From assembly GCA_963843945.1 (NCBI GenBank), contig CAWJMF010000002.1, positions 1,657,399 to 1,721,398 on the forward strand: DNA of 64,000 nt, given 5' to 3'. Below are positions 17,917 to 26,380 of this stretch, one piece after another. Below the pieces are notes generated by a model. It had not been told where the DNA came from, searched no databases, and saw only the letters and a program-made list of their open reading frames with translations. How positions within the stretch are numbered: position 1 is the stretch's first letter; each line of letters opens with the position of its first letter. Origin of the DNA: Vulcanimicrobiota bacterium (lineage in GTDB: Bacteria; Vulcanimicrobiota; Vulcanimicrobiia; Vulcanimicrobiales; Vulcanimicrobiaceae). The translations under genes were made by a program, and so were the position numbers.

Positions 17917-18407
17917 AGGAGACGGCGCTCGGTGAAGTAGCCGGCTTGCGCGTACAGCTCCCGCGCGGCCTCGTTCTCTTCGGTAACCATCAGCGCGACG
18001 TACTCGAGGCCGCGCGCGCGGGCGGCCGATTCCGCCGCGGCGAGGAGGGTTGCGCCGACACCCATGCGGCGAGCGTGCGGCTCGACCGCCATGTAGACGA
18101 CGAAGGCTTGCGGTAACGCGGTGACTTCGTCGGGCAGCGAGTCGAGCATGAGGAGAAACCCGACGCGCTCGCCGCCGGCGGTGGCGATGAGAGACGCATG
18201 CGACTGATCGAGCGCAAAGTCGATCAAGCGCTCGTAGCCGGCGGCGACGAGATGCGGGGAGGGCTTGCGCAGCTGCGACACGCTGTCGGCGACGGTGCGC
18301 CGTCCCAAGTCCAGCATGAAAGCACGGTCGGCTGCCTGGCCGGGTCGGACGGCGACCTCGGTTCTCAGGTCGCGGCTCCCGCGATCGAAGCCGGTGCCGA
18401 GCGCCAC
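17901..18407 (-). CDS. GNAT family N-acetyltransferase. Alternative start at 18317.
   Basis: 'VGFLLM...RRMGVGATLLAAAESAARARGLEYVALMVTEENEAARELYAQAGY' acetyl-CoA binding motif. Confidence 0.75.
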   Translation of the reverse strand: MALGTGFDRGSRDLRTEVAVRPGQAADRAFMLDLGRRTVADSVSQLRKPSPHLVAAGYERLIDFALDQSHASLIATAGGERVGFLLMLDSLPDEVTALPQAFVVYMAVEPHARRMGVGATLLAAAESAARARGLEYVALMVTEENEAARELYAQAGYFTERRLLCKPL

Positions 18408-19504
18408 TCGGCGAGCAGCGTTTCGAGCGCGGCGACGAAGGCGCGGTTTTCGGCGGGCGTTCCGATCGTCACGCGCAAGCGGCCCGGCATCCCGAGCCCA
18501 TCGCCGGAACGGACGATGACGCCCCTCTCGAGCAACGCTTCGTACGCCTCGTCGGCGCCGACCGGTACTTCGACCGCGATGAAGTTTGCCGCGCTCGCAT
18601 ATGCATGCAGGCCCAGCCGGCGAAACTCGCCGGAAAGAAACGCCTTGCCGCGCTCGTTGTTGTCGATGCTGCGCGCCACGAAGTCGCGATCTTCGAGCGC
18701 GGCAAGGACGGCGACCGCCGCAGGCCGCGCGACGTTGAACGGAAGGCGCACCGAGTTCAGCGCCGCGACGATCTCAGGCGAAGAGAAGCCGTAACCGAAG
18801 CGCACGGCCGCCAGCCCGTAGATCTTCGAGGCCGTGCGCGTGACGAGGGTGGCCGGCCGCGCGGCCAACAGCGCGGTTCCTTCACTTCCACCGGCGTCCA
18901 TGAACTCGCGGTAGGCTTGGTCGACGACGAGCAAGACGTGCTCCGGCAAGGCCCGTGCGAAGCGCAGCAACGCACCGGGCTCGACCCGCGTGCCGGTCGG
19001 GTTGTTCGGATCGCAGACGAAAACGAGTTTGGTCGAGGGCGTAACGGCGGCGAGCATCGCATCGAGATCGTGAACGCCGTCGCGCAGCGGCACCTCGAGC
19101 GCGCGCGCGCCGAAGACGTGCGCATCTTTGCGAAACAGCGAGAAGGTCGGCCTGCCCATGACGACCTCTTCGCCCGGATCGACGAATGCCGTGAAGGCGA
19201 GCGCGATGAGCTCGTTGCTGCCGTGACCCAAAACGACCGCTTCGGGGCCGAGTCCGTACGCCGCACCGAGCCGCATGCGCAGGTCGAGGTGATCGTCTTC
19301 GACGTAGTCGCTGAGCGCGCGGATCGAGCTCATTGCGGCCAGCGCTTTGGGCGACGTGCCGAGCGGGTTTTCGTTCTGCGAGAGCTTCACGGGATGTGCG
19401 ATTCCGAAGCGGCGTCGCACTTCGTCCACCGACGTGCCGGGCTTGTACGGCGCGAAGCCGCGCAGCGTGCGGCGGAGGAGGCCATCCAGCGGAGAGCGTG
19501 GCAT
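18365..19504 (-). CDS. hisC: Histidinol-phosphate aminotransferase. Internal ATG at 19504; track start 19585.
   Basis: 'KLSQNENPLG' plus 'TRTASKIYGLAAVRFGY' (PLP-lysine context). Class II aminotransferase. Confidence 0.85.
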   Translation of the reverse strand: MPRSPLDGLLRRTLRGFAPYKPGTSVDEVRRRFGIAHPVKLSQNENPLGTSPKALAAMSSIRALSDYVEDDHLDLRMRLGAAYGLGPEAVVLGHGSNELIALAFTAFVDPGEEVVMGRPTFSLFRKDAHVFGARALEVPLRDGVHDLDAMLAAVTPSTKLVFVCDPNNPTGTRVEPGALLRFARALPEHVLLVVDQAYREFMDAGGSEGTALLAARPATLVTRTASKIYGLAAVRFGYGFSSPEIVAALNSVRLPFNVARPAAVAVLAALEDRDFVARSIDNNERGKAFLSGEFRRLGLHAYASAANFIAVEVPVGADEAYEALLERGVIVRSGDGLGMPGRLRVTIGTPAENRAFVAALETLLAEWRSAPASIAGAAT

Positions 19505-19540
19505 TGTAGGGGACGATTCGCCTTTGCGAGGTTCCGTTCC

Positions 19541-20200
19541 GTGCTGCTGCTCGCTGCCGTTACCTTCGCCGCTCTGTCCGCGCAAACGAAGTTGCCGGCT
19601 TCAACTGCGCGTTGTCCGCAGGTGCCCTTCAGCGCGCCGGCCGTTGCGAGCGCCGTCCCGGCCGGGCTGACGTGCCCCGCACTCGAAGTCTCGGGGCGAG
19701 CCGACCGGACGAATCCCTCGCTCGATCCGGCGTTTGACGTCTCCGTCGTCCCGAGCCGCTTTCCGGCGAATGCGCCCGCCGCACCGGAAGGCGTCCTGCA
19801 AGGTCTCGACGCGCAAGGCCGCGTGATCTTCGCGCAGACGATGACCGCGGGCGGCGATTTTCATACGTTCGTGCCGCTGCCCGAAGCCATCGCGCGCGAG
19901 CTCTCGCGCCTGCGCTTGACGATCGGCACCGCGGTGACGGAACGCAGCGCCGCGATGCACGGCGCACCGTCCGTCGAGACCATCTCGGTCGACGAATCGC
20001 ACGTCCTGCTGGCCTGGAACGGCAGCCTTTTTCCGGGACTTCGCGTACACGAATCGCCGGGCGGCCCGCTGGTCGCCGTGGCCTCAGGCACCAGCACCTT
20101 CGATCAAATCACGGTGACCACGTCGTCGCCGCGCCTCACCCTCGACTTCTCCGACGGCGTCCGCAGCATCACGCGCACGGTAGCGGTGTTCGGCCGCTAG
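19541..20200 (+). CDS. Hypothetical secreted protein. GTG start at 19541.
   Basis: This is the 3' portion of track ORF 18605..20200, whose 5' part is an antisense shadow of hisC. Signal peptide 'MLLLAAVTFAALSAQT', with gagg 10 nt upstream. Confidence 0.5.
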   Translation: MLLLAAVTFAALSAQTKLPASTARCPQVPFSAPAVASAVPAGLTCPALEVSGRADRTNPSLDPAFDVSVVPSRFPANAPAAPEGVLQGLDAQGRVIFAQTMTAGGDFHTFVPLPEAIARELSRLRLTIGTAVTERSAAMHGAPSVETISVDESHVLLAWNGSLFPGLRVHESPGGPLVAVASGTSTFDQITVTTSSPRLTLDFSDGVRSITRTVAVFGR

Positions 20201-20220
20201 AGCCCGGCTTTCGCGCCCGT

Positions 20221-20799
20221 CTATTTGACGAAACGCGAACCCGGCTCGGTGAGGCTCTCGCCCCGCGCGCACTGCGGGCAGTCGGCGGGATCGTAGGACT
20301 CGACCGGCAGATCGAGCAGCGCGAGCGTCGGGATGCCGAAATCGATCGGTTGACGGCGCACGATCGCGCCGACGGCGACCGCGCTCGCACCGCTGCGCGC
20401 AACGACGTCGAGCACTTCGCGCACCGAACCACCGGTCGTCACAACGTCCTCGACGACGAAGGCCCGATCGTTCGGCCCTAAAGCGAACCCGCGCCGCAAG
20501 ACCGGCGCGCCGCCCTCTTTCTCAACGAACACGGCGAGCGTTCCGAGCTGGCGCGCGACCTCGTAGCCAAGAACGATCCCGCCGACCGCGGCGCTCACGA
20601 CCACCGTCGGCGCGTAGGCGCGGGCCGCCGCGGCCAGCTCCGCCGCAAGCGGTTCGACCAATTTGGGATCTTCGAGGATCCGGAACTTCTGGATGAAGCG
20701 ATCGCTGTGGCGTCCCGAGGACAGTCGAAAGTGACCGTCCAGCAGTGCTCCGCGCGCGGCGAGTTGCGCCGCGAGCGCGTCAGCCTGCGACGGCGGCAG
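20221..20799 (-). CDS. pyrE: Orotate phosphoribosyltransferase. The start codon is unresolved (see finding).
   Basis: 'LLDGHFRLSSGRHSD' and the PRPP-binding 'AFVVEDVVTTGGS' motif. The track ORF start (21066) is an Arg-rich over-extension through pyrF. Confidence 0.75.
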   Translation of the reverse strand: MPPSQADALAAQLAARGALLDGHFRLSSGRHSDRFIQKFRILEDPKLVEPLAAELAAAARAYAPTVVVSAAVGGIVLGYEVARQLGTLAVFVEKEGGAPVLRRGFALGPNDRAFVVEDVVTTGGSVREVLDVVARSGASAVAVGAIVRRQPIDFGIPTLALLDLPVESYDPADCPQCARGESLTEPGSRFVK

Positions 20800-21514
20800 C
20801 GTCCATCTCCGCGAGGATCCGGCGCGCCGCGGCTGCCGGGTCCGCCGCCTCAGTGATCGGTCTCCCAACGACGAGATAGTCGGCCCCGGCTTCGACCGCA
20901 AGCCGCGGCGTCGCCGTTCGCTTCTGGTCGTCGTGCGTCGTGCCTTGGGGCCGGATTCCGCCGCACAGCGCCTCGAAGTCCGCGCCGAAGAACCCCTTGA
21001 GGTCGCGCACTTCGTTCGGGCTGCAGACCACGCCCGCGCAGCGCGCGTCGCGCGCGAGCGCCGCAAGCCGGATCACGTTCTCCCCGGGACCGCCCGCCAA
21101 CCCCAGCTCGCCGAGGTCCTCGATTCCGAGGCTCGTCAGCAGCGTCACCGCGAACAGCTTGGGCGGTTCGATGCCCAGTTCGGCGGAGCGCTCGAGGGAG
21201 GCTTCGACCGCCGCCTGCATCATCGCGATCCCGCCGAGCGCGTGGACGGTTACGATGCGCACGCCGGGGCGAACGATGGCCCGGACCGCGGCGGCGACGG
21301 TGCGCGGAATGTCGTGCAGCTTGCCGTCGACGAAATAGTCCGCGCCGCTGCCTTCGAGCTGTTTGCGAATCTCGTCACCGTAGTTGTAGAGCGGCTCGTA
21401 GCCGATTTTGAAGATCACGTCGAGATCTGCAAGCGCCGCAATCAGCGCTCGCGCCTCCACGAGCGTTGCGACGTCGACGGCGACGATCAAGCGAGGGCGG
21501 GTCGTGACGTTCAT
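20780..21514 (-). CDS. pyrF: Orotidine 5'-phosphate decarboxylase.
   Basis: 'MNVTTRPRLIVAVD...DGKLHDIPRTV...' OMP decarboxylase signature. ATG at 21514 with GGAGG 6 nt upstream. Overlaps the pyrD stop (ATGA). Confidence 0.85.
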   Translation of the reverse strand: MNVTTRPRLIVAVDVATLVEARALIAALADLDVIFKIGYEPLYNYGDEIRKQLEGSGADYFVDGKLHDIPRTVAAAVRAIVRPGVRIVTVHALGGIAMMQAAVEASLERSAELGIEPPKLFAVTLLTSLGIEDLGELGLAGGPGENVIRLAALARDARCAGVVCSPNEVRDLKGFFGADFEALCGGIRPQGTTHDDQKRTATPRLAVEAGADYLVVGRPITEAADPAAAARRILAEMDAAAVAG

Positions 21515-22455
21515 GGCGTTCCTCCGACGAAGCCGGGGTTGGCGCGGCCGACGAGCTGCGAAAGCCGCGCGACCTTCTTTCGCTGCATGTACGTGCGTAA
21601 TCCGTCGACGATCGCGAGCGGGGCGCGCGGATCGGTGAAGTTGCCGGTTCCGATCGAGACGGCGCTCGCACCGGCCAGGATGAATTCGAGCGCGTCGCGG
21701 GCCGTCTCGATTCCGCCTTGCCCGACGATCGGAATGCGCACGGCGCGCGCGACTTCCCAGACCGCCAGAACCGCGATGGGGCGAATCGCCGCGCCTGACA
21801 GACCGCCGCTCGTATTGCCCAGACGCGGCTCGGCGCGTTCGACGTCGACGGACATCCCGCGCACCGTGTTGATCACGGCTAAGGCGTCGGCGCCGGCGCG
21901 CTCCACGACGCGAGCGATGGCCGCGATGTCGGTCACGTTCGGTGAAAGCTTGACGATCAGCGTCTTGCCGGTCACGCCGCGCGCGGCCCGCGTCGCCCGT
22001 TCGGCAAGCTCGGGATCGCACGCGAACGTCTCGCCCTCGGAACCGACGTTAGGGCACGAGATGTTCAACTCGATCGCGTCGATCTCGTCGCGCCGCGCCA
22101 GTCGCTCCGTCACGTAGGCGTAGTCGTCGACCGAAAAGCCGGCGACGCTCCCGATCACGGCGCAGGGGCGCTCGGCAAAACCGGCCACGTCGTGCTCGAG
22201 GTACGACTCGATGCCGGGGTTTTGTAGACCGATCGCGTTGAGCATGCCGCTTGGCGTCGGCACGAGGCGGGGCGCCGGATTTCCGAGCCGTGGAAAGCGC
22301 GTGACGCTCTTGAGCACGACGCCGCCGAGCTTGGCGAGGTCGACGAACGGCGCGTATTCCGCACCCGAGCCGTAACAGCCGCTCCCCATCAGCGTCGGAA
22401 AGTTCAACTCGAGGCTTCCGAGGCGTACGCGCAGGTCCGGTTCGGTCGAAATCAC
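21511..22455 (-). CDS. pyrD: Dihydroorotate dehydrogenase (class 1B catalytic subunit). GTG start at 22455.
   Basis: 'NFPTLMGSGCYGSG', 'GLQNPG' and 'ELNISCPN' motifs. Its GTG start overlaps the pyrK stop (GTGA). Confidence 0.85.
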   Translation of the reverse strand: MISTEPDLRVRLGSLELNFPTLMGSGCYGSGAEYAPFVDLAKLGGVVLKSVTRFPRLGNPAPRLVPTPSGMLNAIGLQNPGIESYLEHDVAGFAERPCAVIGSVAGFSVDDYAYVTERLARRDEIDAIELNISCPNVGSEGETFACDPELAERATRAARGVTGKTLIVKLSPNVTDIAAIARVVERAGADALAVINTVRGMSVDVERAEPRLGNTSGGLSGAAIRPIAVLAVWEVARAVRIPIVGQGGIETARDALEFILAGASAVSIGTGNFTDPRAPLAIVDGLRTYMQRKKVARLSQLVGRANPGFVGGTP

Positions 22456-23282
22456 CAGCGCAACTCGTCCGACCAGAACACCGGGCCTTCTTTGCAAATA
22501 CGCGCGTGCACGAAGTCGCGCGCTTCGCCCGGTCCCGCAGCGGGAAAATGGGGAGCTTGTGCGCTGGCGCGGGACAAGGGCACGACGCAGCCCCAGCACG
22601 CGCCGACGCCGCACGCGAAGGTTTCCTCGAGCGAGAGCTGCGCGCGCACGCCGCGCTCGGCTGCGATCTTGCCGATGGCGCGCAACATCGGCGAGGGACC
22701 GCACGCGGCGATCGCGCTGTGCTCGCGCCGCTCGCGGACGAACAGCTCCGTGACGAAACCGCGATGCCCGCGCGACCCGTCGTCGGTGGCCAGCGAAACG
22801 CCGCAACCGAGGCCGGCAAAGCGCTCGGCATCGACGAGCGCGGACGCGTCGCGAGCGCCGTAGTAGAGATGGACGCGCGCACCGCTTGCGAGTAACGCTT
22901 GCGCCGGCAGCAGCAGCGAGGCGAGACCCACCCCGCCCGCGACGAGCGCAGGCTCGGCACCGAGCGCTGCGAGGTCGAAACCGTTCCCGAGCGGTCCGAA
23001 CAGATCGAGCGTTGCGCCGACGGGCAAGCTTGCCAGCTCCCGCGTGCGAGGTCCGACGACCACGAGCATCAGCGAGACGCGGCCGCTTTGGGCTTCGTAG
23101 ACGCCGAGCGCCGTCGCCGCCCGCTCGCCCGCGGGCGGAACGGCCATCACGAACTGCCCCGGACGCGCCGTCCGGGCGAGTTCAGGAGCCTCGAGGCCGA
23201 GGACCACGACCCCCACCGACTCTTCACGGCGATCGCACACCGACGTCCGGTGAATCGCAGGCGAGGTCTCGAGAGCGGGCAT
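22452..23282 (-). CDS. pyrK: Dihydroorotate dehydrogenase electron-transfer subunit (PyrK-like, FAD/[2Fe-2S]). Start at 23282 or 23345.
   Basis: FNR-like fold followed by the C-terminal cysteine cluster 'CGVGACWGCVVP'. Confidence 0.8.
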   Translation of the reverse strand: MPALETSPAIHRTSVCDRREESVGVVVLGLEAPELARTARPGQFVMAVPPAGERAATALGVYEAQSGRVSLMLVVVGPRTRELASLPVGATLDLFGPLGNGFDLAALGAEPALVAGGVGLASLLLPAQALLASGARVHLYYGARDASALVDAERFAGLGCGVSLATDDGSRGHRGFVTELFVRERREHSAIAACGPSPMLRAIGKIAAERGVRAQLSLEETFACGVGACWGCVVPLSRASAQAPHFPAAGPGEARDFVHARICKEGPVFWSDELRW

Positions 23283-23456
23283 TTCCCGCTCATTTCCAGC
23301 CTCCGCGGGAAGTTCCCACGGCCCTCCGGCGTCACAATTAGCCAAGATTTAATCCGCTTTTGTCATCCGAACGTATACATCTGCTACCGATATCCGTTAA
23401 TAGAGATGGAAGATGATTCTCCGGGAACAACCTGGGGAAGAAAGGAGGACCGAGCA

Positions 23457-23600
23457 ATGGCAGGACTCGTGGTCTTCAAATCGCTAGCTGACGCGCTAAG
23501 AGCGGGCTTCCAGATTTACGATCGCACGCAGGAAGGCTATCTCGTGCGAACGCGCACGACGGGCGGATGGGCGATAGCCCTCGTACACTGTAAGGAATAA
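23457..23600 (+). CDS. Small hypothetical protein (47 aa).
   Basis: 'MAGLVVFKSLADALRAGFQIYDRTQEGYLVRTRTTGGWAIALVHCKE'. Perfect SD 'gaaaggagga' 8 nt upstream. Sits in a low-GC island and is followed by a strong hairpin terminator. Confidence 0.45.
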   Translation: MAGLVVFKSLADALRAGFQIYDRTQEGYLVRTRTTGGWAIALVHCKE

Positions 23601-23610
23601 CCGCAATACT

Positions 23611-23650
23611 AGAAGAGGGGACGCGCCGACGGCGCGTCCCCTTCTTCTTT
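23611..23650 (+). terminator. Intrinsic-terminator-like hairpin.
   Basis: 'gaagaggggacgcgcc gac ggcgcgtccccttcttc' followed by 'ttt'. It lies 10 nt after the small-ORF stop and directly abuts the stop of the convergent lipoprotein gene. Confidence 0.6.
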
Positions 23651-23654
23651 GTGG

Positions 23655-24032
23655 CTAAGCGGCGGTGAAGTTCAGCGTGGCGGTCGCGGGAATCGGCTGC
23701 GAGTGACAGGCGCCGGTCGCCACGGCATAGCCGGGCGCCGACTGCGTCGCACTCAAGCAGAGCCGGCCCGTCGCCGGCAAGCCGCCGATCGTGACTTGGC
23801 CGGTCGGACCCGTCGTGACGGTTTGCAAAATCGTTCCGGGAACGGGAACGGCGTTATTGAGTTGCGTCGATAGCGTCACGCTTATGCCCGCCGTCGGCAT
23901 CCCACCGACCTCGACGGTCACGAGCACCGAACTTGGATTGGGACCGCTCGGCGCAGGGTTGACGCCGGGATTGTCCGAGCAGGCTGCGAGCGTCAGCGCC
24001 GCGAGCGCGAGCGCGTAAGGGCGAACGTTCAA
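23655..24032 (-). CDS. Putative lipoprotein. TTG start at about 24032.
   Basis: Lipobox 'ALALAALTLAAC' in the 3' part of track ORF 23655..24410. Thr/Gly/Pro-rich mature part. Confidence 0.55.
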   Translation of the reverse strand: MNVRPYALALAALTLAACSDNPGVNPAPSGPNPSSVLVTVEVGGMPTAGISVTLSTQLNNAVPVPGTILQTVTTGPTGQVTIGGLPATGRLCLSATQSAPGYAVATGACHSQPIPATATLNFTAA

Positions 24033-24040
24033 AGCCGCGG

Positions 24041-24628
24041 TCAGCCGCGCTCGATGTCGCCGGGTTTGCGCAGTTCTTGCGTCGCGCCCGGACGATACGT
24101 GTAACTGCCTTCGTATGTCGGCGCAGCGCCCGCCGCCGGCGGTGCGGTTGGAATGCCGTAGAGATTCGGCGGCGGCGCGGACGCGTAGCGCGGCGTTCCG
24201 AGCGTTGCGCCGGAGAGCACCGCGATGAGCACCTGAGCGATGCCGATGAACATCGGGATCAAGCCGCCGAGCAGCCACGGTCCGGGATGAAAGACGTAGC
24301 CGTTGCCGGTATCGTGCATTCCGATGAACGAGAGACCCGTCAAGATCGCGAGCCCGATGAAGGTTAAGGTGATGCCCTTGCGCAGGGTACGGCGCGGATC
24401 GGCGCCGCAACCCTCGTCGTCCGGCGGGACCAGCGGGGCGGCCATCGGCGTGGCTGCGCGGGCCGCCTTCCAGTCGCGCTGGGCGTAGGCCGGCGCCATG
24501 CCATGGCGGATCATTTCCATGCGCTCGCGGTGGGCCAGGACCCGGAAGATCACGAAGGCGAGAACCGGCGCTCCGAAGATACAGAAGATGGCGAGGAGCG
24601 GGACCAGGTCGGACATGTCGCCTTGCAT
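24041..24628 (-). CDS. Hypothetical membrane protein (3 predicted TM, Pro/Tyr-rich C-terminal tail).
   Basis: Hydrophobic segments 'LVPLLAIFCIFGAPVLAFVIF', 'ITLTFIGLAILTGLSFIG' and 'LLGGLIPMFIGIAQVLIAVL'. Its stop is 8 nt upstream of the lipoprotein start. Confidence 0.55.
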   Translation of the reverse strand: MQGDMSDLVPLLAIFCIFGAPVLAFVIFRVLAHRERMEMIRHGMAPAYAQRDWKAARAATPMAAPLVPPDDEGCGADPRRTLRKGITLTFIGLAILTGLSFIGMHDTGNGYVFHPGPWLLGGLIPMFIGIAQVLIAVLSGATLGTPRYASAPPPNLYGIPTAPPAAGAAPTYEGSYTYRPGATQELRKPGDIERG

Positions 24629-24699
24629 TTAGCGCACTCCCGGGAAGCGTAGCTCGAACATTGTGCCGGAGATACGGCGCAGACGGCCACCGGTTTCAC

Positions 24700-24725
24700 G
24701 AAACTTGCCTCCAACGTTCGGCGTA
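24700..24725 (+). promoter_or_regulatory. Candidate ECF-type promoter ('GAAACTT' -35, about 17-nt spacer, 'CGTA' -10).
   Basis: 'cacGAAACTTgcctccaacgttcggCGTAcac' sits about 40 nt upstream of the preferred GTG start of the ECF sigma gene. It resembles the autoregulated ECF consensus GGAAC-N16/17-CGTC. Confidence 0.3.
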
Positions 24726-24767
24726 CACGAGGACGTGGCATCCTCGCTGGCCGAGAGGGAACCGCGC

Positions 24768-25313
24768 GTGAGCACGCTCGGCACGACTGAAGCGACCGAC
24801 GCGGACTTGGTCTTGGAGACCTTGGCCGGGCGGCCGGAGGCGTTCGGAACGCTCGTGGAGCGCTACGACCGTGCGGTCTACCACCTTTGCCTGCGGACGA
24901 TGAAGGACCGGGAAGAGGCTCGGGACGCGACCCAGGAGGCGTTCTTCAAGGCTTTCCGCGCTCTTGGGACGTTCCGGATGGGGGCGAAATTCTCGACCTG
25001 GATCTTTTCGATCGCCTACCACGCCTGCTGCGACCGGCTGGCCAAGCTCAAGCGCTTCAGCGACTCGGAGCTGCCGGACCGGGCCGATCAATCCCCCGGG
25101 CCGGCCGAACTGGCGTTAAGAAGTGATGAGGCCCGCGCCCTGCGCCAAGCAATCGACGAGTTGCCGGAGAAGTATCGAACCGTCATCACCCTCTATCACC
25201 TCCAGCAACGGCAATACGAAGAGATCGCGACGGTTCTGGGCCTCCCGATGGGTACCGTCAAGACGCACTTATTTCGAGCGAAGGAACTCCTGCGGAAGAA
25301 GCTGAGCACATGA
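24768..25313 (+). CDS. RNA polymerase sigma-70 factor, ECF subfamily. GTG start at 24768 preferred; track start 24663.
   Basis: Region 2 'ERYDRAVYHLCLRTMKDREEARDATQEAFFKAFRAL' and region 4 'YRTVITLYHLQQRQYEEIATVLGLPMGTVKTHLFRA'. Confidence 0.85.
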   Translation: MSTLGTTEATDADLVLETLAGRPEAFGTLVERYDRAVYHLCLRTMKDREEARDATQEAFFKAFRALGTFRMGAKFSTWIFSIAYHACCDRLAKLKRFSDSELPDRADQSPGPAELALRSDEARALRQAIDELPEKYRTVITLYHLQQRQYEEIATVLGLPMGTVKTHLFRAKELLRKKLST

Positions 25314-25678
25314 ACGGCGATTACGACGACCTCGACCGCGCGCTGATGGCGCTACCACTCGAAGAGCCGCCGGCGGGTCTTCGCGATTCGATTTTGGCCT
25401 CGACGGTCTACGCCGTACCGATGCCGGGCCTCGCGTTGCGCACGTGGGAGATCGTCTTCATCGGCACGCTGCTCGCCGTCGGAACCTGGCTCGCGCTGGC
25501 GCTCGCGCAAAGCCGGGAGCTCAACGCCCAGATTCTCGGCGGCCTCCAAATGCTCGTCGCCGCGCTCTCGGACCCCACGACCCTCGCCTGGCTCGCCGGC
25601 GGGGTCGTCGTCGCGCTCGGCGTCTCGCTCTATAACGTCGCGCCGCGCCGCCTGGCAGTTCGCTCGGGCCGCTCGTGA
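25310..25678 (+). CDS. Putative anti-sigma factor (membrane-anchored).
   Basis: ATGA overlap with the sigma gene. Short cytoplasmic N-terminus followed by two TM segments ('IVFIGTLLAVGTWLALALA' and 'LAWLAGGVVVALGVSLY'). Confidence 0.6.
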   Translation: MNGDYDDLDRALMALPLEEPPAGLRDSILASTVYAVPMPGLALRTWEIVFIGTLLAVGTWLALALAQSRELNAQILGGLQMLVAALSDPTTLAWLAGGVVVALGVSLYNVAPRRLAVRSGRS

Positions 25679-26361
25679 CCGAAGCGGTCGCGGAACGGCG
25701 GTTCCGCGTCCTGGTCGTTGAAGACGACGCCCAAATCTTGCGCGTCTTACGTCTCGAACTCGAACACGAAGGTTACGACGTCGAGACTGCGACCGACGGC
25801 CTCAACGGACTCGAGAAGGCGCTCAAGGAGCCCGATCTCGTCATCCTCGACCTCATGCTTCCGAAGATGGACGGGATGGAAGTTTGCTCGCGCGTGCGCT
25901 CGAAGAGCCGCGTGCCGATCATCATGCTGACCGCAAAGGATCGCATCCCGGACCGCGTGAGCGGGCTCGACCACGGCGCCGACGACTACCTGACCAAACC
26001 GTTCGCGATCGACGAGCTGCTGGCGCGCGTGCGCGCGCGGCTGCGCGAGCGCCATCCCCACTCGAACCTGCTCGCCAGCAAAGACCTGGTCATGGATCGC
26101 GAGCGCCACGAAGTTACCCGCGACGGAAAAGCAATCGTGCTGACCGCCAAGGAGTACGCACTGCTCGAATACCTGCTGATTCATAAAAACAAGGTGCACA
26201 CCCGCGACGAGCTCTTCAACGGCGTGTGGGGCAGCGATTTTCTGGGCGACTCCAATTTGATCGACGTCTACATCCGCTACTTGCGCGGCAAGATCGACGA
26301 CGGCTTCGAAGACAAACTCATCCAAACGGTGCGCGGCGTAGGCTACACGCTCAAGGATTAG
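25675..26361 (+). CDS. OmpR-family two-component response regulator.
   Basis: Receiver domain ('VLVVEDD...LDLMLPKMDG') plus the winged-helix 'LTAKEYALLEYLLIHKNKVHTRDELFNGVWG'. Confidence 0.9.
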   Translation: MTEAVAERRFRVLVVEDDAQILRVLRLELEHEGYDVETATDGLNGLEKALKEPDLVILDLMLPKMDGMEVCSRVRSKSRVPIIMLTAKDRIPDRVSGLDHGADDYLTKPFAIDELLARVRARLRERHPHSNLLASKDLVMDRERHEVTRDGKAIVLTAKEYALLEYLLIHKNKVHTRDELFNGVWGSDFLGDSNLIDVYIRYLRGKIDDGFEDKLIQTVRGVGYTLKD

Positions 26362-26380
26362 CGACGACGAAACGGCCGCG

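Noticed and set aside
23346-23456. PyrR-binding anti-antiterminator in the pyr operon leader.
   Set aside because: No convincing match to the conserved UCCAGAGAGGYU loop on the pyrK-sense strand (closest is 'tcccggagaatc'), and no pyrR gene in the operon.
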